Origin: Oscillospiraceae bacterium
Lineage (GTDB): Bacteria > Bacillota > Clostridia > UBA1381 > UMGS1253
DNA length: 64,000 bases
NCBI GenBank assembly: GCA_015068725.1
Contig: SVKA01000003.1
Span: 234 to 64,233, forward strand
Direction of reading: 5' to 3'
The position numbers were made by a program, and so were the translations under genes. The notes under the pieces are model-generated. The model worked only from the letters and a program-made list of their open reading frames with translations, was not told where the DNA came from and did no database searches. This document shows positions 1 to 10,124 of this stretch, one piece after another (the stretch's first letter is position 1; every line of letters starts with the position of its first letter).

Positions 1-518
1 TCTTTTTCAAGGCTTCCTCTCCATCCGCTTTCGCTGTAATATGCGTCATTTCTGTACCAGCACACAGATGCGCGGGCGCCAAGCACCTTGCCAAGCGTTC
101 CATCCTCGATTGCATTTTTTATAAATCTACTCGCCTGATTGTATCTGTTTTGAAGAATTATCTCAAGCGTTTTACCCGTTCTTTTTGATGTTTCTATCAT
201 TTTCTCGGCGTCCAAAACACTTGTTGCCATAGGCTTTTCACAAATAACATGGCAGCCATGCTCTAACGCATAAATGCTTACAGGTGCGTGAAGGTAATGC
301 GGAAGGCAGATATGAACACAATCGGGCTTTTCCTTCTTTATCATATCCTTATAATCTGTATAAAAAGCGCAGCCACACTCCTGTGCCTTCTTCTTTGCAC
401 GCTCTTCGTTTATATCACATACAGCGACCAGCTCTGCATTTTCATCATTTAAAATCGATGAAGCATGCATAGGGAAAATCGCACCACATCCAATTATCGC
501 CGAACGTAGTTTACTCAT
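1..518 (-). CDS. Gfo/Idh/MocA family NAD(P)-dependent oxidoreductase, N-terminal part (3' end lies beyond the left edge)
   Basis: Absent from the ORF track because the window edge truncates it. Minus-strand ATG at 518-516 follows a GAGGA SD. My translation is MSKLRSAIIGCGAIFPMHASSILNDENAELVAVCDINEERAKKKAQE...HVICEKPMATS. It shows a Rossmann GxGxxx N-terminus and the EKP motif typical of the family. Confidence 0.75.
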   Translation of the reverse strand, partial: MSKLRSAIIGCGAIFPMHASSILNDENAELVAVCDINEERAKKKAQECGCAFYTDYKDMIKKEKPDCVHICLPHYLHAPVSIYALEHGCHVICEKPMATSVLDAEKMIETSKRTGKTLEIILQNRYNQASRFIKNAIEDGTLGKVLGARASVCWYRNDAYYSESGWRGSLEK

Positions 519-541
519 ATGTCTTATCCTCTTTTCGTCGT

Positions 542-1507
542 TTATGCCCAGAACATTTCTCCCGGCATTTCGTTAATCATAACTTCTTTAAGGAATGTAA
601 TCGCCTTTTCAAGACCTTCTTTTGATGACATAAGGCTGTCCTCATGCTCGATACTTACCGCGCCTTCATATCCTACCATACGAAGAGTGCTTATAATATC
701 CTTCCAGTACGAATAGTCGTTACCATAACCAAGCGCTCTGAAAAGCCAGCTTCTGTTTTTCTCGTCGCCATAATGTGCAACATCCAAAACGCCTTTTACA
801 TTACTGTTTGGCGCATAAATTTTAGTGTCTTTTGCGTGAAAATGATAAATTGCACCTTCAAGCGCACGTATTGCAGAAGGGATGTCAATTCCCTGCCAGA
901 TAAGATGCGACGGGTCAAAGTTTGCACCAATCATATCGCCTACTGCGCCACGAATTTTAAGAAGCGACGTCGGATTATATACACAAAAACCGGGATGCAT
1001 TTCAAACGCAATCTTCTTTACACCGCAGCTTTTAACAAATTCGGTTTCCTTTGACCAATACGGAATCAAAACATCGTTCCACTGATAATCAAGCACCTCT
1101 AAAAAATCTTCAGGCCACGGACATGTAACCCAGTTCGGATGCTTGCTTTCCTTGCAGTCGCCGGGGCATCCCGAGAATGTAACAACAGTATCAACTCCAA
1201 GCTCACCTGCAAGTCTTACGGCATTTTCAAACTCATCGTGAAACTTTTTAGCGACATCCTTGTTCGGATGAACAGGGTTTCCGTGTGTGCTTATAGCGCT
1301 TATTTCAAGTCCGTTATCCGCTATTATTTTCTTTATTTCATTTATTTTATCTTTGTCACCCAATAATTTTTCAGGGTCAAGATGTGCCTTGCCCGGATAT
1401 CCGCCTGCACCAATTTCAAGCGCCTGCACACCAAGCTTTGACAAATACTGTGCCGCCTCTTTTAAACTCATTGAACCGAGTGGAACCGTTAATACGCTTA
1501 ATTTCAT
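542..1507 (-). CDS. Sugar phosphate isomerase/epimerase (xylose isomerase-like TIM barrel) family protein
   Basis: 321-aa ORF with an ATG start behind an AAAGGAG SD. Family-like pattern present (LEIGAGGYPG, FEMHPG, SIEHED). It ends 23 nt before the oxidoreductase start, so the two are probably one operon. Confidence 0.75.
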   Translation of the reverse strand: MKLSVLTVPLGSMSLKEAAQYLSKLGVQALEIGAGGYPGKAHLDPEKLLGDKDKINEIKKIIADNGLEISAISTHGNPVHPNKDVAKKFHDEFENAVRLAGELGVDTVVTFSGCPGDCKESKHPNWVTCPWPEDFLEVLDYQWNDVLIPYWSKETEFVKSCGVKKIAFEMHPGFCVYNPTSLLKIRGAVGDMIGANFDPSHLIWQGIDIPSAIRALEGAIYHFHAKDTKIYAPNSNVKGVLDVAHYGDEKNRSWLFRALGYGNDYSYWKDIISTLRMVGYEGAVSIEHEDSLMSSKEGLEKAITFLKEVMINEMPGEMFWA

Positions 1508-1556
1508 AACTAAACACTCCTTTTTTTGTGTATAAGCAAAAGTCCTTATACGCTAT

Positions 1557-1584
1557 ATTATATCACTATTTATAGTTTTTTCAA
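1557..1584 (-). promoter_or_regulatory. Candidate sigma-A promoter for the isomerase/oxidoreductase pair
   Basis: Minus strand reads TTGAAA-N16-TATAAT with TG two bases upstream of the -10 element (gTGaTATAAT). It lies about 50 nt upstream of the ATG at 1507. Confidence 0.35.
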
Positions 1585-1617
1585 TAGCTTTTTTTACTGC
1601 AAAACAACTCTTTTTTT

Positions 1618-1658
1618 AATATAAAAACAGTTGCCAAAGCTTTTTGCTTTAACAACTG
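1618..1658 (-). terminator. Intrinsic terminator after dnaJ
   Basis: Minus-strand RNA is CAGUUGUUAAAGC-AAAAA-GCUUUGGCAACUG followed by UUUUUAU. The 13-bp stem has two G.U pairs that would be C.A mismatches on the plus strand, which supports minus-strand function. Confidence 0.65.
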
Positions 1659-1676
1659 CTATTATAAGTTAATCTA

Positions 1677-2837
1677 TTACTGCTTTTTAAATCTGTTTAT
1701 CATATCAAAAAACTTATTGCGCTCTTTATTATTGCCATTATCAAGCTTGTCAAATTCGCGCAAAAGCTCTTTTTGTTTATCGCTGAGTCCCTTTGGCACC
1801 TCAACTATAAATTTGACGTACTGGTCGCCGCGTCCGCGTCCGCGAAGATGCGGTATACCCTTGCCCTTAAATCTGTATACCGTACCGCTTTGTGTTCCTT
1901 CGGCAATCTTATATTCAACCTCGCCGTCAAGTGTCGGCACGCGAACAGTATCGCCAAGCGCCGCAGAAACAAAGCTTACGGGCATTTCAAATGTAACATC
2001 AAAGCCCGTTCTTGAGAACAGTTCGTGCTTTTTAACCGATACGGTAATATACAAATCACCATTCGGTCCGCCCTTGCTTCCTGCGCTGCCTTCGCCTCTC
2101 AATGGTATCGTCTGTCCATCATCAATGCCGGCGGGAATGCTTACTTTTATTTTGCGCTGATGCTTAATCTGACCGCTACCCTTACAATCAGGACACGGAT
2201 TAGGTATTGTCTGACCTGTGCCGCCACAGTTATTACACGTTGTAGCAGAAGAAAAATTACCAAACGGAGTACGCTGGGTTGTGCGTATCTGTCCCGAGCC
2301 GCCGCAAACAGAACACGTTACGGGTGTTGTGCCCTTCTTTGCGCCGCTGCCATTACAGCTCTTACAGCTCTCCATTCTGTATATTACAACCTCTTTTTCA
2401 ACGCCAAATGCAGCCTCTTCAAAGGTTATTTCAACATACTGCTGAATATCCTTGCCTTTTTTCGGTCCGTTTCTGCGGGCGCTCTGCTGCGATGCACCGC
2501 CAAAACCACCACCGAAAAACGATTCAAATATATCGCCCACATCAAAACCGCCAAAGCCGCCACCAAAGCCTCCGCCAAAACCACCTGCTCCGCCGCCATA
2601 GCTCGGGTCAACGCCCGCATGGCCAAACTGGTCATATCTTGCACGCTTTTCGGCGTCTTTTAAAACGTCGTACGCTTCGTTAACCTCTTTAAACTTTTCC
2701 TCGGCTTCTGCCTCTTTGCCGGGATTAAGGTCAGGATGACACTTTTTTGCAGCGTTTCTGTATGCTTTTTTTATTTCATCGTCGCTTGCGCCTTTACTTA
2801 CGCCAAGCACCTCGTAATAATCACGTTTGTCCGCCAT
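1677..2837 (-). CDS. dnaJ: Molecular chaperone DnaJ
   Basis: 386 aa. J domain with HPD ([10 protein letters not shown]), a G/F-rich linker ([13 protein letters not shown]) and four CxxCxGxG zinc repeats ([32 protein letters not shown]). ATG start with an AAGGAG SD. Confidence 0.97.
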   Translation of the reverse strand: MADKRDYYEVLGVSKGASDDEIKKAYRNAAKKCHPDLNPGKEAEAEEKFKEVNEAYDVLKDAEKRARYDQFGHAGVDPSYGGGAGGFGGGFGGGFGGFDVGDIFESFFGGGFGGASQQSARRNGPKKGKDIQQYVEITFEEAAFGVEKEVVIYRMESCKSCNGSGAKKGTTPVTCSVCGGSGQIRTTQRTPFGNFSSATTCNNCGGTGQTIPNPCPDCKGSGQIKHQRKIKVSIPAGIDDGQTIPLRGEGSAGSKGGPNGDLYITVSVKKHELFSRTGFDVTFEMPVSFVSAALGDTVRVPTLDGEVEYKIAEGTQSGTVYRFKGKGIPHLRGRGRGDQYVKFIVEVPKGLSDKQKELLREFDKLDNGNNKERNKFFDMINRFKKQ

Positions 2838-2899
2838 TTGTTCATCTCCTTAAAATAAGAGAAAGTCTGTTATGTAGCTATAATACCACATATAAGCTA

Positions 2900-2937
2900 C
2901 GAAAGGAAGGTTTTGCGCAAAATTTACGCAAAACCTT
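2900..2937 (-). terminator. Stem-loop between dnaK and dnaJ (possible partial terminator or attenuator)
   Basis: Minus-strand AAGGUUUUGCG-loop-CGCAAAACCUU forms an 11-bp stem followed by CCUUUCG, a weak U tract. A second hairpin (GTAGCT...AGCTAC, 2873-2900) follows it. Confidence 0.35.
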
Positions 2938-2972
2938 TACAATTCGTACATATTTTTACGTATCAGTTGTTT

Positions 2973-4835
<1,863 letters not shown>

Positions 4836-4862
4836 TTATGATAATTTAAATAGTATACTAAT

Positions 4863-5465
4863 TTAGTTTGCTACTTTAACCATACTGTAGCGGATAACCT
4901 TATCCTTGCATTTATAGCCTTTTTGAAATTCTTCAACAACTTCGTTTGTACCAAAGCTGTCGTCATCTACATGCATTACCGCGTTGTGAAGCGATGCATC
5001 AAACTCTTTACCAAGAGCCTCTATCGGTTCAACTCCAAGCTTTGAAAAAACCTCAAGTGCCATTTTTGTAATCATCTCTACGCCATCTGCAACACTTTTT
5101 ACATCAGTAGCGTCAGCCATTGTATCAGAAGCCCTCTGCAAATTGTCCATTATCGGCAAAAGCTCCGCTACTGCATCACAGGTTGCATTTGTATAAAGCG
5201 CTTCTTTTTCCTCGCGTGTGCGTCTTTGAAAATTTGTATATTCAGCCGCAAGACGCAAATACTTATCCTCAAGCTCATTATACTTTTTTTCAAGCTCTTC
5301 GCAAGCATTTTTTTCTGCGTTTTCTTCTTTTTCACAAGCAGTCTGCTTGTTTTCTTCTTTTATCTCTTCATCAGGCGCTAAGGTTTCTGTAGTTACATTT
5401 TCCTCGTTCGCCTTTGATTTTTTTGCCAACTTATTCACTACCCCTCTCTTCGTTATAAAGCTCAT
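4863..5465 (-). CDS. grpE: Nucleotide exchange factor GrpE
   Basis: 200 aa with a GrpE-like coiled coil and C-terminal beta domain, positioned between hrcA and dnaK. The start is uncertain. ATG 5465 overlaps hrcA by 35 nt; in-frame GTG 5438 and TTG 5429, behind GAGGGG, are alternatives. Confidence 0.9.
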   Translation of the reverse strand: MSFITKRGVVNKLAKKSKANEENVTTETLAPDEEIKEENKQTACEKEENAEKNACEELEKKYNELEDKYLRLAAEYTNFQRRTREEKEALYTNATCDAVAELLPIMDNLQRASDTMADATDVKSVADGVEMITKMALEVFSKLGVEPIEALGKEFDASLHNAVMHVDDDSFGTNEVVEEFQKGYKCKDKVIRYSMVKVAN

Positions 5466-6477
5466 TAATTATGTTATCCATATTTTTGGTTATATAGTCA
5501 AGTGATGCCACAACCTTTGCATAGTTCATTCGGGTCGGCCCCACAATTCCTATCTTTCCAAGCATTTTGCCGCCTGAATAATATTTTGCTGTAACGATTG
5601 ATGCATCGCGCATTTCGTCAATTTTATTTTCTTTACCGATTATAATGTTTATCTTATTATCATTATCTGCCTGATCAAATACATGCTTTACGCTCTGTTT
5701 GTCCTCAAGAAAGCCTATAATTTCCTTCGCTTTTGATAAATCATAATACTCGGGGTGATTTAATATGCTTTGAGTATTTTTGACGTACACTTCCGAGCCA
5801 TCAAGCTCTGATATCGTCTGATGCACAAAATCAAGGACAGGCATAAGAATAGATGAGTTTTTGCCAAGTGCTTTTTGCATCTCGTTAATCTTTACAAGAT
5901 TTATATCCTCAAGCGTTAAGCCTGCAAGCTTTTCGTTTAAGATTACAGACAGCTTTCTAAGCTCGCCTTCACTCTCAGACACTGCAATTAACTGATTTTT
6001 TATAATCCCCTCACTTGTAACAAGCACCAAAAGTGCAGAGCTTTTATCAATCGGCACAAGCTCGAAACGCTTTATAAATGACTTGTTAAGCTCGGGCGTA
6101 ACTGCAATCGTTGTATAGCTCGTAAGCTGCGACACAATACTTCCCGCCTGCCTTATAAGCTTGTCAAGCTGAAGTATTCCCGCTGTAAAAAAGCGTCTTA
6201 AACGCACGATATCCTCGTTTGCTATATTGTACTGATGCATAAGCTCGTTTACATAAAAGCGATACCCCGCATCAGTTGGAATACGTCCCGCCGAAGTATG
6301 CGGCGAAACAAGATATCCCATTTCTTCAAGGTCGGACATTTCATTTCTTATTGTTGCGCTCGAAAGTCCCATATCAGTATTTTTTGATATTGTCCTCGAG
6401 CCAATAGGTTCGGCGCTTACAATATAATCCTCGATTATAGCTTCAAGTATTTTTCTTTTTCTTTCACTCAAATCCAT
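5431..6477 (-). CDS. hrcA: Heat-inducible transcription repressor HrcA
   Basis: 348 aa. N-terminal winged helix (PIGSRTISK...LSSATIRNEMSDLEEMGYL). First gene of the operon, directly behind a CIRCE element. Confidence 0.95.
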   Translation of the reverse strand: MDLSERKRKILEAIIEDYIVSAEPIGSRTISKNTDMGLSSATIRNEMSDLEEMGYLVSPHTSAGRIPTDAGYRFYVNELMHQYNIANEDIVRLRRFFTAGILQLDKLIRQAGSIVSQLTSYTTIAVTPELNKSFIKRFELVPIDKSSALLVLVTSEGIIKNQLIAVSESEGELRKLSVILNEKLAGLTLEDINLVKINEMQKALGKNSSILMPVLDFVHQTISELDGSEVYVKNTQSILNHPEYYDLSKAKEIIGFLEDKQSVKHVFDQADNDNKINIIIGKENKIDEMRDASIVTAKYYSGGKMLGKIGIVGPTRMNYAKVVASLDYITKNMDNIINELYNEERGSE

Positions 6478-6504
6478 AAGCCCAAACCCCCTTTTAACTT
6501 TTTG

Positions 6505-6531
6505 TTAGCACTCTTGACAGACGAGTGCTAA
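6505..6531 (-). promoter_or_regulatory. CIRCE operator (HrcA binding site)
   Basis: TTAGCACTC-TTGACAGAC-GAGTGCTAA matches the CIRCE consensus TTAGCACTC-N9-GAGTGCTAA perfectly. It lies 28 nt upstream of the hrcA ATG. Confidence 0.93.
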
Positions 6532-6542
6532 GCACTGTAATA

Positions 6543-6571
6543 AAAATACCACCTTATACAGATTTTGTCAA
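6543..6571 (-). promoter_or_regulatory. Sigma-A promoter of the hrcA-grpE-dnaK-dnaJ operon
   Basis: Minus strand reads TTGACA-N17-TATTTT with an extended -10 (TGgTATTTT). The CIRCE element begins about 12 nt downstream. Confidence 0.55.
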
Positions 6572-6623
6572 GATGGTATCGCAATTTTTTTAAATTTTTA
6601 ACGATTTGTTCACAAAAATCCAA

Positions 6624-7100
6624 TCAAAACTGTTCAAGGGCGCGTTTTTTACGAAATTCGCTACGTTTTTTGCCCGCTTCCCATTCGGCTCTTTCCGCGT
6701 CAGACACAAGCTCAAGCCGCGGTACAACCATTGGTCTTTCTTTTCCGTCAAGTGCTACCATCACAAGATAAGCAGTGTTTACAAGAGTGCGCGTGCCAGT
6801 AAGCGATTCGACATAGGTATCAACCCTGACCTCCATTGACGTATTACCCACATAGCTAAGACGCCCCGTAAGTATCATAGTTTCATTTGCATACGCAGGC
6901 GCTTTGAAATACAGGTTATCTATACACACGGTTGTAACCTCGCTGCCTGCGTGTCTTCTTGCAACCACGCCCGCAACAACATCTATCCATTCCATAAGCT
7001 GACCGCCAAAGAGTCTGCCATAACCATTTATATGTCCCGCCATAACTATTTGTATCTGTTCAACATACGAATCCGATACTTTCTTTTTTATTTCGTTCAT
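6624..7100 (-). CDS. Acyl-CoA thioesterase (hotdog fold, YciA/BFIT-like)
   Basis: The sequence (INGYGRLFGGQLMEWIDVVAGVVARRH...GNTSMEVRVD) fits the hotdog acyl-CoA hydrolase pattern. The tracked first codon (7133) is TTG. ATG 7100 follows an AAAGG SD and overlaps the miaA stop as ATGA. Confidence 0.8.
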   Translation of the reverse strand: MNEIKKKVSDSYVEQIQIVMAGHINGYGRLFGGQLMEWIDVVAGVVARRHAGSEVTTVCIDNLYFKAPAYANETMILTGRLSYVGNTSMEVRVDTYVESLTGTRTLVNTAYLVMVALDGKERPMVVPRLELVSDAERAEWEAGKKRSEFRKKRALEQF

Positions 7101-8044
7101 ATTTGTCTGCCTTTCAACCATTCGCTTATGCAATCAACACATTCTTCTTTTATGTCTTTATTTTGTGCATCAAGCAAAATTATATCCTTGTTTCTTTTAA
7201 ACCACGTAAGCTGACGCTTTGCGTAATTTCTTGAGTGTTTTTTTATAAGCTCTTTCGCATCATCAAGGCTTGACAGCCCCCTGTAATATGCAAAAAGCTC
7301 TTTATATCCTATCGCCTGCATAGAGTTAAGCTTATGAGAATAACCCATCTTTGCGAGCGAAACAAACTCATCCATGAGACCATCATCAAACATAATATCA
7401 ACTCGTTTGTCAATGCGCTCATAAAGAGTTTCCCTCTCCCACATCGGCATAAATATTATGCTTTCGTACGGGCTTGGATCATTTTTTGAATTTTCAAGCT
7501 GCTCGGAAAAGGTCTTGCCCGTTTCATAATATACTTCAAGTGCGCGTATTACGCGGCGTATATTGTTTGGGTGAATGTTTTTTGCCGCCTGCACATCAAT
7601 CTCAGCAAGCTTTTTATGCATGTACTCATTGCCGTACTTCTGAGCTTCAAGAGTTAATTTTTCTCTCCATTCACTTTTATCCTTTTGTTCGGCAAGAGAT
7701 ATGTTTTGAAGTACGTTGTCAATATAAAGTCCCGTTCCGCCTACCATAATAGGAAGGCTACCCGAATTATAGATTTGCTCTATGCATTTTTTTGCCTTTT
7801 CGGCATAAGAATACACACTAAACTCCTCATCAGGCGCTGCTACATCAAGCATATGATGCTTTATGCCTTCTCTTCCTTCCATAGAAGGCTTTGCTGTGCC
7901 GATATCCATATACTTATATATCTGCATACTGTCAGCGCTGACAATTTCACCGTTATAGCGTTTTGCAACCTCTATCGAAAGAGACGTTTTGCCCGAAGCC
8001 GTCGGACCTAATATTACTATTAAAGGTATTTTTTGTGCAGACAT
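7097..8044 (-). CDS. miaA: tRNA dimethylallyltransferase MiaA
   Basis: 315 aa with P-loop GPTASGKT and IPP-transferase family layout. Lies downstream of mutL, as in many bacteria. Confidence 0.95.
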   Translation of the reverse strand: MSAQKIPLIVILGPTASGKTSLSIEVAKRYNGEIVSADSMQIYKYMDIGTAKPSMEGREGIKHHMLDVAAPDEEFSVYSYAEKAKKCIEQIYNSGSLPIMVGGTGLYIDNVLQNISLAEQKDKSEWREKLTLEAQKYGNEYMHKKLAEIDVQAAKNIHPNNIRRVIRALEVYYETGKTFSEQLENSKNDPSPYESIIFMPMWERETLYERIDKRVDIMFDDGLMDEFVSLAKMGYSHKLNSMQAIGYKELFAYYRGLSSLDDAKELIKKHSRNYAKRQLTWFKRNKDIILLDAQNKDIKEECVDCISEWLKGRQI

Positions 8045-8065
8045 AAAATTCTCCGTTTCACCACA

Positions 8066-10096
8066 TTATACAATACGTTTAAACTGTTTTTCAATTTCAT
8101 AACGCGTAAGCGAAATTGTAATCGGGCGCCCATGCGGACAGGTGTTTATACCCTCAAGTGCAAGAACATCTTTTACAAGCGCATCAATTTCACGCTCGTT
8201 TAAGGTTTGATTAGCTTTGATTGCCGCTTTACAAGCAATTGTGTATAAAGCTCTTTCATCGCGACCTGTAATTATTTGCTTTTTATCCGCCATCATTTGC
8301 CCCAAAAGCTCTATGAATAAATCTTTGATATCGTCATAATTTGTATCAGCAGGTGCGCCATTTATAATGATTGTATTTTCTCCAAATTCTTCAATCTCAA
8401 AACCCAATTTTGAAAAGTTTTGCATATTTTCGCATACGTACGCAAATTCTGTCGCCGCCAAATCAACTACAACAGGCGCAATCAGTGATTGGATTTTCAC
8501 GCCGCTTTTTTCCATATCGCGCTTTAGGCGTTCAAATTTCAACCTTTCGTGCGCTGCGTGCTGGTCAATTAAAAGCAGCTCATTTTGACGCTCAAGTATA
8601 ATATACGTATCAAAAACTGTACCTACTATTTTATAATCCTTGTCAAAGTCGCCTTTTGTTTGTATTTCAGGAACTTGAGGTTGTTTGTCAACTGTTTCTT
8701 TGACTATAACCTCTTTTTGCTTTGCAATAGCTGATACATCGGCAGTTTCAGTATTTTCCTCTTTTAAATAGTCTTTTGAAACTGTGTAGACTTCATCATT
8801 TTGCTCATTAAAAGCAAGCTTAACCTGAGTTTTTTCAGGTTTAATTTCAATTTCGTTTTCTTCTTCTATATCAAATATATTAAACGTACTTGCAGGCTTT
8901 ATATAAGAAGTGGTTTGCTTTTTCTCATTCGCACTTTTATCGGGCTGCACTTCGGGTTTAATTTGCTTTTCCAAAGGCGCAGTTTGCTTTTCAGGAGCAA
9001 ATTTTTCAACATTTAAAAGCGTCTGAACAAATGCCTTCGCTTCGCCTGAAAAATCTTTGTTTTTATACGCATCGCGTTTTTGTTTTATACTTACCTCAGG
9101 GATTACGGGCTTTTCATACAAAGCATTTTTAACGCCCCAGTACACTGTATCAAAAACCTTTTTTTCATCAGAAAATTTGACCTCTGTTTTGTTTGGGTGA
9201 ACGTTTACATCCACAAACGCAGGATTTATTTCAAGATTTAATACCGCAAACGGAAATTTGCCGCCCATAAGCTGATTTTTATACGCTTCTTCAAGCGCCA
9301 CAATAGCGGTGCGGTTTTTTATGTATCGGTTGTTTACAAAAAAGCTCTGATACGTTCTGTTTGGACGGGCAATCGTACTTTTGCCGATATAGCCCGATAT
9401 TTTCATAGTATTATCGCCATAATTTACACTTATAAGCGACTTTGCATAGTCTTTTCCATATATAGTATAAATCGCATTTACAAGCTCTCCATCGCCGAGT
9501 GAAATAAATATCTGTTTTCCCGAGTTTATATAGCGAAAAGATATTTCCGGATGAGCAAGGATAAATCTTTGCATTATATCGGTTATATATCCCGCCTCGG
9601 TTGTATCCTTTTTTAGAAATTTCATACGGGCCGGGGTATTGTAAAAGAGTTTTTTGACTTCGATGGTTGTGCCATTGGGCGCTCCAACCTCGTCAACATC
9701 ATCCATTTCTCCGCCCTCTATATAAACACGCGTCGCATTTTTTGCGTCTTTGGTTTTTGTTGTAAGCACAACCTTTGAAACAGCCGCAATCGAACAAAGT
9801 GCCTCGCCACGAAAGCCAAGCGTATTTATCGCTTCAAGGTCCTTTGCCTCCAAAATTTTGCTCGTCGCATGACGCACAAATGCAAGACCTACATCATCAG
9901 ACTCCATTCCATGACCATTGTCGGTAACGCGCATATAGGATATCCCGCCGTTTTTTATTTCAACGCTAATAGTAGTTGCACCGGCGTCAATAGAGTTTTC
10001 AACAAGCTCCTTTATTACAGACGCAGGTCTTTCCACAACCTCTCCTGCGGCAATCATATTGGCAACGCTTGCATCCAAAATATTGATTTTTCCCAT
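8066..10096 (-). CDS. mutL: DNA mismatch repair protein MutL
   Basis: GHKL ATPase N-terminus (IAAGEVVERPASVIKELVENSIDAG), a long low-complexity linker and a C-terminal dimerisation domain. Tracked codon 10102 is GTG and sits inside the sequence AGGGAGG-TGTGTAT-ATG, so ATG 10096 is the better start. Confidence 0.95.
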   Translation of the reverse strand: MGKINILDASVANMIAAGEVVERPASVIKELVENSIDAGATTISVEIKNGGISYMRVTDNGHGMESDDVGLAFVRHATSKILEAKDLEAINTLGFRGEALCSIAAVSKVVLTTKTKDAKNATRVYIEGGEMDDVDEVGAPNGTTIEVKKLFYNTPARMKFLKKDTTEAGYITDIMQRFILAHPEISFRYINSGKQIFISLGDGELVNAIYTIYGKDYAKSLISVNYGDNTMKISGYIGKSTIARPNRTYQSFFVNNRYIKNRTAIVALEEAYKNQLMGGKFPFAVLNLEINPAFVDVNVHPNKTEVKFSDEKKVFDTVYWGVKNALYEKPVIPEVSIKQKRDAYKNKDFSGEAKAFVQTLLNVEKFAPEKQTAPLEKQIKPEVQPDKSANEKKQTTSYIKPASTFNIFDIEEENEIEIKPEKTQVKLAFNEQNDEVYTVSKDYLKEENTETADVSAIAKQKEVIVKETVDKQPQVPEIQTKGDFDKDYKIVGTVFDTYIILERQNELLLIDQHAAHERLKFERLKRDMEKSGVKIQSLIAPVVVDLAATEFAYVCENMQNFSKLGFEIEEFGENTIIINGAPADTNYDDIKDLFIELLGQMMADKKQIITGRDERALYTIACKAAIKANQTLNEREIDALVKDVLALEGINTCPHGRPITISLTRYEIEKQFKRIV

Positions 10097-10124
10097 ATAC
10101 ACACCTCCCTTGTCAGAGAATAAA

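Noticed and set aside
2470-2610. Tandem-repeat-looking GGTGG/AAACC stretch
   Set aside because: It is the coding sequence of the DnaJ glycine/phenylalanine-rich linker ([13 protein letters not shown]), not a non-coding repeat or CRISPR-like array.
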